A stretch of DNA of 64,000 bases from Gammaproteobacteria bacterium (lineage in GTDB: Bacteria; Pseudomonadota; Gammaproteobacteria; Ga0077536): assembly GCA_963662545.2 (NCBI GenBank), contig CAXXLL010000002.1:1696001-1760000 (forward strand), in the 5' to 3' direction. The notes beneath the pieces are model-generated. The model was not told where the DNA came from. It searched no databases and worked only from the letters and a program-made list of their open reading frames with translations. Positions within the stretch are counted from its first letter, which is position 1. The number at the start of each line of letters is the position of its first letter. This document shows positions 32,870-42,360 of the stretch, in pieces. The position numbers and the translations under genes are program-made.

Positions 32870-33151
32870 CCGGTTACGGTGCACCGTATCTCGGTGATAC
32901 TCGAAGTGCGTCTGATCACTCCTTAGAACTTTACGCACCGTATTGCGCGATACGTTGAAATCCTTTGTTATCTGGCGAATAGACTTCTTGCCATCACGTG
33001 CTGCTAATCGAATCTTCCTGATCGTCTCCACCGTCAACATCTCCTTCATATGCTCCCTGACTAAAATAGGTCAGACAGCATGGTTGAAGGTGGGTCAATT
33101 TTGCACGCCGATCACCCCCGTAAGTGGGTCATTTTTGCACGCCGATTTACA

Positions 33152-34960
33152 TGGCCTGTCTGATCCGCCGCTCGACCATGCGGCGCTCACGGTCGATCAG
33201 TTCCAACCCGGTCAGACGGACAAGATACCGCACAGGGTCGGCGCCCCCGGTGGCGCATTGGCGGGCCAGCTTGTCGTATTCGCGCAGGAACGTCGGCAGT
33301 TTCAGGGTCTTGAGGTGATGGGCCAGCAACACTTGCGGCGTATCGGTCATGACGCGCCTCCACCCAACAAGCTCATATAACTGGCGGCGGCCGTGGTCGC
33401 CACGTTGGCCCGAGGCAGGTAGGGATAGATATCCAGGTCGAGTTTGGGCGGGCGTCGCTCGATACGGCACAGCACAAGGTGTTTGACGGCGTCGTAGCCG
33501 ATCGCGCCCAGGCGCAGGGCGTCCTTCACCGCGCCGTGAAGCACCTCGAGATCGAAGGTCTCCAGAAGCCGAAGGACCTGGACGTATTGCCGCTTGCCGG
33601 CCTTGCCCATGCGCGCCTCCAGGAGACGGCGCAGGGTTGGGAAGGCATCAGGCAGTTCCCATCCGGCTAGCGGCGCGGCCTGAGCCAGGGCACCGATCTT
33701 GTGCTCCAGCAAAGGCAGGTAGTGGATCGGATCGAAGACCCTATCTTCCCGGTCGTAGGAACGGGGGTGTCGGGCAATGATCCCGGCGCCGCAACCGATA
33801 ACCACCTCGTGGACATAGCCACGGATCCAGACTTCCTGATGGCCGTAGGCGACGGGCACGGAATAGTCATTCGTCCGGTAGCGCACCAGGGACAGCGAGT
33901 TGACCCGCGTGCCCTGCTTGTCGCACGCGTCGAACGGTGCCGGCAGTGGCCTCTTCAACGCTTCGCGGTCACGCACAAACCGTTCGCCGATGCTCTCGCG
34001 GTGGCCGCGCAGGACGTCGTCTTGCCGTTTGCGGCATTGTTCCTCCAGGTAAGCGTTGAAGGCGTCCCAGCTCGCGAACCGGGGAAGCGGCGTCATGAAG
34101 TTCCGTCGGGCGTAGCCAACCACCCCCTCAACATTGCCTTTGTCGTTGCCCTTGCCGGGACGGCCGTAACGGTCCTCGAAGAGGTAATGGGACTGCAGTC
34201 CGCTGAACGCTCGCGTTCGTTGTCGCGTGCCATCCGGCAAGATGCGCGACACCAGGCACTTGTCGTTGTCGTAGAGAATCGATCGGGGAACACCGCCGAA
34301 GAAGGCGAAGATTCTGTTGTGCCCGTCCAGCCAGGCCTCCGTCGTCGCTGACGGGTAGGCCGCAACGAAGCAGGCATCGCTGTGGGGAAGTGTCATGACG
34401 AAAAAATGCGCCCGATACTTGACGCCGGCGATGATCGCATCCGCCTCGCCAAAGTCCGCTTGAGCATGGCCCGGAGGAGGTGACAACGGCACAAACATCT
34501 CACGCCGGCGAAGGCGCCGTTCCCGAACGTAATCCTTCACGATGGTCTCTTTGCCCGTGAAGCCATGTTCGTCGCGAAGGCGCTCGAATATACGCTTCGC
34601 CGTGTGGTGCTGCTTACGGTGAACCGTTCGGTCCTCCTCCAGAATACGGTCGATGATATCCGTGAAGGGGGCCAGTTTCGGGCGTTTCGGTGGCTGGCGT
34701 CGCCGATATCCCGGCGGTTCCGAATGCCGCAGCATCTTCCTCACCGTCTCGCGCGCAATGCCAAACCGACTTGCCGCCTCTCGCTGGCTCAGACCATCAA
34801 CATGGCAGGCCAGCCGAACGCGCAGATATAGGTCCACGGTGTACATCCTCCCGCCTTCCATCTCAAAAAAGATCGAAGGCTACAGGTGGCAGAGTTTTAC
34901 TCCGCCCGCGGCTGGGAAATCCCGCCGCTTCCGTGGACTAATTTGTCACCGCCGTTCTCA
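33152..34960 (-). mobile_element. istA: Near-identical second copy of the 6263-8819 IS21; istA intact (33347-34861), istB truncated
   Basis: IstA differs from the first copy at only about 3 residues. Confidence 0.92.
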
Positions 34961-35764
34961 CTTTTGCTGCACGTGTGCCTGCGCCGCCTTGACGCCCAAA
35001 TATTGGTGCGCCCGCGGCAACTTCTTCACCCCACCGTCGAAGAGCACAAAGTCATGCATCAACTCGATCAGCCGGTCCTTGCGGCATAGCTTGAGCAGAT
35101 ACTTGTCGAGCTTGAGGCGGCTATTGTCTTCCTCGTCCTCCTTCCAGTTGAGAAAGAACTTTTCCGGTGTGCCGATGGTGCCGTACCGCAGACCCTCGGA
35201 GTCGTTGCCGGCGAAGATCAACTGCACCGTGCTGAAGAACCAGGCGTTGAACGCCGGTTGCTGATTCGAGAGATTCTGGCGGATCCCGTCACCGATGCTC
35301 ACGCGGCTGTTCTTCAACTCCAGAACACCAGCGGCGATGCCATTCACATACAACACGATGTCGGGCCGTCGTTCCTGGTTACCCTTGAGTGTCACCTCCT
35401 CGGCAATGGCGAAATCGTTCTCCTCCGGCTGCGACCAGTTAATGACATGGACGGTCTCCGTAACCTTGCCTGCCTCGGTCTTCACGGGCACGCCGTAGCG
35501 CAGCAGGCTGTAGACAGCTGCATTGTTGCCGTAGAGCGCACGACTGTGGTTGTCCGCTTCGGTGCGGAGTTTGTGGAGCGCCGCGCTGATTTGTGCCGGT
35601 GTGTAACCGCGTTTGTTCAGCCACGCCGAGAGCAGATCTTCCTCTATGTTGCTGTTGCTGCCCCGGTCAGTCCAATCGCCGATATAACGGTAGTCGAGTT
35701 GGTCGCGGAAAAGGGTGATGACCCGGTTCTGCGTCGCGCGTTCAGGCTGGCCGATGGAACTCAT
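34961..35764 (-). pseudogene. hsdR: Type I restriction subunit HsdR, N-terminal part, truncated by IS21
   Basis: RPDIVLYVNGI...ELK; stops just after HQY, before the helicase domain. Confidence 0.88.
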
Positions 35765-37722
35765 GCGGGTGTAACCTCGGACAACACTTCGGTTTGTACG
35801 TACCGCTGAAACTCTTTGACCGTCGTGAAGCACCGGAAACCTGCCTGACTGGCGATGGCAATGGTCTCGTCGCCTTCGTTCAGCAACACGACCACCGGTT
35901 GGCTGAGTTCCGCCTGAATACCCCTGGGCCAAGCCAGGTCGAACACCGCTTTTTGCTCGCCCGTCGCGGCGTCGGCGAAGTCGTAGGCCAGCACGCCACG
36001 GGGCAGATCCTGCGCCGCCATCCAGTGGTTGAGGGCTTCGAGCTGCGCCTCCTCTTCTTCGCTGCTGATCCCCCCGACGACCGCACTCGCCGCCGCCGGG
36101 ACGGCTGTCTTCGGGCCAGTCAGCCACCGGGTGTCACCGTGCAGGAGCTCTTCCATGCGCTGGTTGACTTCGACTGCCAGCAATATCTTGCGGGCTTCAA
36201 GAAAGTCGCGGAAGTTCTCGATCCGCCAAAGCGCGGGATCCATGGGGATCCACTGCGAGGCCAGTGTGCCAGGGTGCGCCTGTTCGACCTCCGGGAAATA
36301 CGCCGACGGCAACCGGTCGCTGATATTGAGATTGGTATCCTTGGTCAGAAAGCAGAAGTTGGCCAACGCGTTCACTTCGGGACGCTTGTACTTGTAGTCC
36401 GACTTGTAGAGTCTCGACTTCGGGAAAATGTGGTGCACCTCCAGCCGGCTCATCTTCCCGAGCAGGCTGGCCTTGAGCGGCAGTCCGGTGCCCCAGTCGC
36501 GTGCCTGTCCCATCCGCGTCAGCAGGTAGAGCACCGGGTAGAAGCGGGCGCCGAGACTCCAGCCCGTAAAATGCCCCGGCTCCACTCGCAACCCGCCGTG
36601 CCAAAGACGCAACTGCTCCAGCAATTTGTCCAGTCCGCCGTCAGGGCCTTCCAATGCCGCCAGATCCTGGTCAATGGAAGACTCCGTTGATCCGGAGAAC
36701 CGCCCCCACATGCCGGCTTGCACGAACCAGAACAGGAGCTTGTCCCGCTCGGCTTCGTTCATCGGGCCGCTGCGCTGGTCGAGGTAGCGCACCATCACCG
36801 GCACGCCGAAGCGCCCGAAGAAGACCTGGTCGTGGTCCAACCCCAGCCGGCCACCGATCAGGTTCAGGCTGGTATCGATGTGCTTGATGGCCCGCTGCAA
36901 GGCGTCCTGAATATCGTCCGCGCTCTTGTCATGCAGGTACTGGAACTTTGCCTCACCGGTCAGGGCCGTGTTCACCGAGCGCAGCAGCCAGTCGAGGTTG
37001 AAGCGATAATCGGCCTTGCTCCACTCCGTGAGCTTGGCCTTCATGGTGTCGCGTGCTTGCGGCCAGTCGGCGCATATTTTAGCGAGCGCCAAGTCGCCCT
37101 TGGAGAGCTTCGTGCCGCCGCTGTTCACGCGGTTGAAAATATCGACCACCACATCCAGCGTTTTGCCCGCACCCGTAACTTCCTCGACATGCAGATCGAT
37201 TTCGGTCACGCCAAGGAGATTGCTGAGCCGCGCCACATAATCACCCATCTTGCCGGTCAACTCTGGGTAGGTACCGAGGCGCGTAATGAATTCGCCTAGC
37301 CCGGCCGTGCCCGTCTTCATCAGCTCGGTCACGTCAATCCACAGCGGATCATCGTGCATCTTCACCCGCTGGTAGAAAGCGAATGTCTCCGTTTCCAGAT
37401 GAAAGCGCAGCCCGGTGAAGGCCTTCTCGTTGCCGTCAAAGAACTTCGGCGGTTCGCCGCGGACCACGCCGTACAGCGAGGTCATGCGCTGCTGCCCATC
37501 AAGCAACAACTTCACCACGCCGGCCGCCAGCGCCCCGTCTCCGCGATGCGCGGCCGTCCTAGATTCCGTGGCCCAGACCAGCAGGCCGCCCACCGGATGC
37601 CGCCGGTAGAGCGAATCGAACAGGCCCCGCACCTGGTCCCGGTTCCAGACGTAGCCACGCTGAAACTCGGGCAGGGCCATGTGGCCGCTATCGATGTGAT
37701 CGAGGACAGTCGAGATTTTCAT
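35761..37722 (-). CDS. GmrSD-like (DUF262 plus HNH/DUF1524-like) protein with an extra C-terminal domain
   Basis: PEFQRGYVW, LDGQQR, FNRVNSGG, EVHHIFP...AN. Confidence 0.85.
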   Translation of the reverse strand: MKISTVLDHIDSGHMALPEFQRGYVWNRDQVRGLFDSLYRRHPVGGLLVWATESRTAAHRGDGALAAGVVKLLLDGQQRMTSLYGVVRGEPPKFFDGNEKAFTGLRFHLETETFAFYQRVKMHDDPLWIDVTELMKTGTAGLGEFITRLGTYPELTGKMGDYVARLSNLLGVTEIDLHVEEVTGAGKTLDVVVDIFNRVNSGGTKLSKGDLALAKICADWPQARDTMKAKLTEWSKADYRFNLDWLLRSVNTALTGEAKFQYLHDKSADDIQDALQRAIKHIDTSLNLIGGRLGLDHDQVFFGRFGVPVMVRYLDQRSGPMNEAERDKLLFWFVQAGMWGRFSGSTESSIDQDLAALEGPDGGLDKLLEQLRLWHGGLRVEPGHFTGWSLGARFYPVLYLLTRMGQARDWGTGLPLKASLLGKMSRLEVHHIFPKSRLYKSDYKYKRPEVNALANFCFLTKDTNLNISDRLPSAYFPEVEQAHPGTLASQWIPMDPALWRIENFRDFLEARKILLAVEVNQRMEELLHGDTRWLTGPKTAVPAAASAVVGGISSEEEEAQLEALNHWMAAQDLPRGVLAYDFADAATGEQKAVFDLAWPRGIQAELSQPVVVLLNEGDETIAIASQAGFRCFTTVKEFQRYVQTEVLSEVTPA

Positions 37723-38058
37723 ATGAGACGAATCTTCCCTGTAAGTAGTTCTTGCATCATGCCCTGCTTGATCAAGCGGGTCTTGGAGAGCCTAGCTTCC
37801 ACTGCGGCGATTTCAGCGTCCATATTGTCCAAAACGCTAACGATTGATCGCTGCTCAACCACCGACGGCAAAAGGAAACTGAACCTTTTCATATCCACCG
37901 CGTAAAGATGAAACACGGTGGTTCCAGTAACGATTTGCAAAATCTGCTCTTGTGCATGGCGGATCGAATAAGCCAAAAAGGGGCCGAATATGAGTTCCGC
38001 GTTAACACGAACCACGAGAATGTCGCCGCCAAGGATGACCCCGCCCATTTTGACGCCA
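37719..38058 (-). pseudogene. hsdS: HsdS C-terminal remnant truncated by IS630
   Basis: PSVVEQRSI...KQGMMQELLTGKIRL. Confidence 0.85.
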
Positions 38059-39209
38059 CTAAATAGGTGATCCAAATCTTGCGACACTCGGGCAGTTTCC
38101 CGGGAATGGACTTGCCGCACGCATGAAGGCACGTACTGCGTCCATCAGACGGTCGATGGTCGAGTAACGATGATTCCGGGTGACATTGTCGTGCAACTGT
38201 TTCCAGAGTTTCTCAATGTCATTGACCCAGGGCTGATAGGCCGGCTGGAACAGCAATCGGAATTTCGGATTGTGCTTTAGCCAGACGTGTGCCAAGCGAC
38301 ATTTGTGGATGATGTAGTTATCCACGATCAAGATAATTCGACGCGCGGCGCGGTAAGTTTGCCGCAGGTGGTCGAGCAGGCAAAGGAATAGGTCGCTGTT
38401 TTTCCGTGTGCCCTCGACATACGCAACGCGACCGGTTCGTGCGTGCAGCGCGCCCGCCAGATAGCGTTTCCGGTTTTGCCCAGGCGTGGGGATGGCACGT
38501 TGACAACCTTGAGTAGACCAAAGGAAACCGATTTTGGGATTGAGGTCGATATCGACCTCATCGGCGTAAAACACTTCATGCCCCGATGGGGCTCGAGACA
38601 ACGCACGATGAATGGCTTTCAGGCGCGTGGCTGCCCGTGGGTCGCGCAGATGTAAGGTCGGACGAGCACGACGCCAGCCGAATCCCAAATTAACTAGCCA
38701 GCGACGTACCGTAGAGGCGTGAATGGGCCGTGACAGCAACGAATTCAGCGTCTCGGCCAGCATCTCGCTCGTCCACGTACTGCGCAGGTAGCCATAATCA
38801 CTGGGCGGCTGCTCAACTAACTCGGCGAGCGTCTCCAACAGGGTGTCATCCACCGTATACGCCCGCCGGCCCGAGCCGCACGCCTCGAGAAAGGCTTCAC
38901 CCGCGGTCTGGAATTGCGTGACCCATCGATAAACCGTTGAACGCGCGACCGACAAACTGCGTGACACGGCCGTCGGTGAGACGCCTGAAGCTAACTGCAA
39001 CAGGACTTGAGCGCGGCGAACCACCCGCCCGTTATCGCTGCGTTGAATCAACCGCTTAAAGCGACGTTTCTGTGAGCGCGTCAATGACACTAAACTATCC
39101 ATACTCAGGTGACCTCTTTCGGGAACGTAGATTGCTCGATACAACCTCTGATCTCTGAATGTCACCTGAGTTCTTTTTATTTGATCGAGTTTTTGGAACA
39201 CCTATTTAG
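38059..39209 (-). mobile_element. IS630-family element (transposase 38059-39102)
   Basis: CTAAATAGGTG / CACCTATTTAG ends; YADE, VDNY, NDIE. Confidence 0.9.
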
Positions 39210-39364
39210 ATTGCGCCTTTCCAGCACATCTAGACCGGACAATCAATTACATTATTTACAATAATGGGAATTATGTAGCAAAGTGCCGAAGTTGGGGGCG
39301 AACACAAGCGGCTCAAATATCGGGAACTGGTCGCCGATAACGGGCTTGATGCGGGAGCAAACCC

Positions 39365-40426
39365 ATGTCTCTGAATGAAAACTTGCGAAAAGCCAAGCGG
39401 CAAAAGAACGACGAGTTCTACACCCAGCTTTCCGACATCGAGAACGAGCTGCGCCACTACAGTAGACACTTCCGCGGCAAGGTTGTGTACTGCAATTGCG
39501 ACGATCCCCGCGTCTCCAACTTCTTCCATTACTTCTCGTACAACTTCGAGCGCTTGGGCCTTAAGAAGCTCATCACCGCGTGCTACAGGAACCAGGACCC
39601 CGACCTGTTTAGCCGTCACGATTCGGAGCGGGCGATATGGCTCGAATACAAGGGGAACGCGAAGGGCGGCAGGGTGCCCGACGTCGGGGATATTGGAATC
39701 CGTGAGTTTGAAGGGGACGGCGATTTCCGCAGCGCGGAATGCATCGAGTTCCTGAAGCAGGCGGACATTGTGGTGACCAATCCACCGTTTTCGCTGTTCC
39801 GCGGTTACGTCGCCCAACTCGTGCAGTACGACAAGAAGTTCCTGATCGTCGGGAGTCAGAACGCCGTCACCTACAAGGAGATTTTCACTCTAATCAAGGA
39901 CAACAGGATGTGGCTCGGTGTCACCCCGAAAGGCCAAGATATGCTGTTCGATGTGCCGGAGGGTTACGCGCAGGAATTGGTGGCGACCGCAAAGGAGGGG
40001 AGCGCCTATAGAGTTGTCGAGGGGGTTATCAAGGGACGGTTGGGTAACGCGGCCTGGTTCACCAATCTCGACCATGCCAAGCGCCACGAGGAATTGATCC
40101 TCTACAAGCGCTACTCGCCGGAAGAATACCCGGCCTACGACAACTACGATGCGATCAACGTGGACAGGATCGCCGAAATCCCGATGGATTGGGACGGGGC
40201 GATAGGGGTGCCGATCACGTTTCTGGACAAGCACAACTCGGATCAGTTTGAAGTCATGGGGATAACAGACAGGGGCAACCTCTACAGCCTGAAAACGAAA
40301 CAATACACGTTGGCAGATGCGTCCAACTATAACGACTTGAATGGGGAAGGAGGGGTTTTAAAAGTGGGAGGAAATTATAAACGTACTTATAGACGCCTTC
40401 TGATTAAGAGAGTGCGCCCGCAATGA
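39365..40426 (+). CDS. EcoRI-family adenine-specific DNA methyltransferase
   Basis: KNDEFYT, YCNCDDP, GDFRS, VVTNPPFS. Confidence 0.9.
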   Translation: MSLNENLRKAKRQKNDEFYTQLSDIENELRHYSRHFRGKVVYCNCDDPRVSNFFHYFSYNFERLGLKKLITACYRNQDPDLFSRHDSERAIWLEYKGNAKGGRVPDVGDIGIREFEGDGDFRSAECIEFLKQADIVVTNPPFSLFRGYVAQLVQYDKKFLIVGSQNAVTYKEIFTLIKDNRMWLGVTPKGQDMLFDVPEGYAQELVATAKEGSAYRVVEGVIKGRLGNAAWFTNLDHAKRHEELILYKRYSPEEYPAYDNYDAINVDRIAEIPMDWDGAIGVPITFLDKHNSDQFEVMGITDRGNLYSLKTKQYTLADASNYNDLNGEGGVLKVGGNYKRTYRRLLIKRVRPQ

Positions 40427-41517
40427 AGATTGCTCTGACGAAAATCACAGTCCGCGACCTTGTGGAGGACTATCATGACGACGGCGAAGGCGGGGTGCGC
40501 GGCTATGGCGGCAAGCTTGACATCCGCCCGCCCTTTCAGCGCGAGTTCGTCTATAAAGACAAGCAGCGCGATGCGGTGATCGAGACGATCAACAAGGGCT
40601 TTCCGCTCAATGTGATGTATTGGGCTGTGCGCCAAGACGGAACGTATGAGGTCATCGACGGCCAGCAGCGTACGATCTCAGCCGCGCAGTACGTGGAAGG
40701 CGACTACTCCCTTGACGGGCGGTATTTCCACAACCTGCAAGACGACGAGCAGGAGCGGATACACAATTACCCGTTGCAGGTCTATGTCTGCGAGGGGAGC
40801 GCCAGCGAGAAGCTGGACTGGTTCAGGATCATCAACATCGCAGGCGAAAAGCTGACCAACCAGGAGTTGCGGAACGCGGTCTATGCCGGTCCGTGGGTGT
40901 CGGACGCGAAGCGGCATTTCAGCCGGAAGGGGGCCGCCTGCCCGGCTTATGCAATCGGCAGCCGGTATGTGAATGGGAGGGCGGACCGCCAAGAGTACCT
41001 CGAAACCGCGATCCAATGGATCAAGGACGAGGGCCAGACGGTCGAGGAGTACATGGCCGCGCATCAGCACGACAAGACCGCAACCGCCTTGTGGAGTCAC
41101 TTCCAGTCGGTAATCAACCGGGTGAAAGCCGTTTTCCCGAAGTACCGCGGGCCAATGAAAGGCGTGGATTGGGGCGGACTCTACGTACACCTTAAAAACG
41201 AGAGCCTGGACCCCAAGGCGCTTGAGGGTAAGGTTGCCCGCCTGACGATAGACGACGATGTGACGAGGAAGGCGGGCATCTACGCCTATCTGCTCACTGG
41301 CGAGGAAAGGCATCTAAGTATCCGCGCCTTCACCGCTGCCATGAAGCAGACGGCGTTCGAGATTCAAAAGTGCATCTGCAAGGTATGCGCGAAGGCGTTT
41401 GAGATCGCGGACATGGAGGCCGACCACATCACCCCTTGGTCGGAGGGCGGCAAGACAATCGAACAGAACTGTCAAATGCTGTGCAAGCATTGCAATCGCA
41501 GGAAATCCAACAAATGA
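40423..41517 (+). CDS. DUF262 plus HNH endonuclease
   Basis: RPPFQREF, IDGQQR; C-terminal CxxC...DHITPWSEGG...CKHCNRRK. Confidence 0.88.
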   Translation: MKIALTKITVRDLVEDYHDDGEGGVRGYGGKLDIRPPFQREFVYKDKQRDAVIETINKGFPLNVMYWAVRQDGTYEVIDGQQRTISAAQYVEGDYSLDGRYFHNLQDDEQERIHNYPLQVYVCEGSASEKLDWFRIINIAGEKLTNQELRNAVYAGPWVSDAKRHFSRKGAACPAYAIGSRYVNGRADRQEYLETAIQWIKDEGQTVEEYMAAHQHDKTATALWSHFQSVINRVKAVFPKYRGPMKGVDWGGLYVHLKNESLDPKALEGKVARLTIDDDVTRKAGIYAYLLTGEERHLSIRAFTAAMKQTAFEIQKCICKVCAKAFEIADMEADHITPWSEGGKTIEQNCQMLCKHCNRRKSNK

Positions 41518-41566
41518 GCGCACAGGGATAAAGAAGGACAGGCCGCAACTTCGTAATGCGCACCAA

Positions 41567-41950
41567 TTACCGTGAGTTATTGTATTCCCGACGAATCAGC
41601 CACTCGCCTTGCTTCACGGCATCATAAAATGCTGTCTTCGTTTGGCCCGTCGCTTCCCGGGTCCGCTCGCTCCCGTGTAAGTAGTAGCACTGGGTAATCA
41701 AAATAATCTCAGATACCTCACTGTCTCGCATCAGAGCATCCATCGCCCCAATTAGCCGACGCAAAATTTTTCGGGTGCGGATCATGGATACCCCGGCGGG
41801 TAGTCTAGAACCGTACTCCTCTCCGAGATTTGCGTGTAGAGCGTGCCATATCGGGCTTGCGTTGGGATATCCCACATCATCTTCCAACCGCATGAACCAG
41901 GCGGCCCACTCCCGCAGAAGGCTGGGTAGCCAATCGTCTTTGGCTTTAAT
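41567..41950 (-). pseudogene. Possible phage antiterminator-Q-like remnant
   Basis: LLREWAAW...GYP start and C-terminal HTH-like segment; weak resemblance only. Confidence 0.3.
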
Positions 41951-42000
41951 AGCGACTATTAATATTCGGAATTTCCTAGTTTAAGGTCTTAATTTCAACC

Positions 42001-42339
42001 TTATTTTCGAACGTCATACATTTCGTCGTCAATGCAGGCTTTGAGGCTGCCGCCGTTTGATAGAATCACTATGTCAGGATGGTAGGCATAGGTGTAGTTG
42101 TATTCGGTACATGTAACCGATTTAGAGTAATCTACAATTAGCACACGGCCATATTCGCATCCCTCAAAACTGTCTTCCTCTTGACCATTTTCATCAAGGT
42201 ATCCCGTGACAGTACCAGAATAAATGATCTGCCAGCCAACGTAGTCGGTAATATCAACCTCACATCTAGCCTCGGCTGCACTCGAAAATAGCACAGTGAC
42301 AATCAGTAGAGAGACAAATCGTGTCATGGTTAGGGCCAT
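42001..42339 (-). CDS. Small secreted hypothetical protein
   Basis: Signal peptide, four Cys. Confidence 0.6.
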   Translation of the reverse strand: MALTMTRFVSLLIVTVLFSSAAEARCEVDITDYVGWQIIYSGTVTGYLDENGQEEDSFEGCEYGRVLIVDYSKSVTCTEYNYTYAYHPDIVILSNGGSLKACIDDEMYDVRK

Positions 42340-42360
42340 CGCAACTTCTATCAATCATCC

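Larger units (their letters stand above)
30523..32877 (+). mobile_element. IS66-family element with 8-bp TSD GGTGCACC
   Basis: IR GTAACCGGTCAA / TTGACCGGTTAC; TSD at 30515-30522 and 32878-32885. Confidence 0.95.
28374..33151 (-). mobile_element. IS21-family element with istA interrupted by IS66
   Basis: TGTAAAT...ATTTACA ends; istA 5' part at 32878-33049 and 3' part at 29166-30522. Confidence 0.9.
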
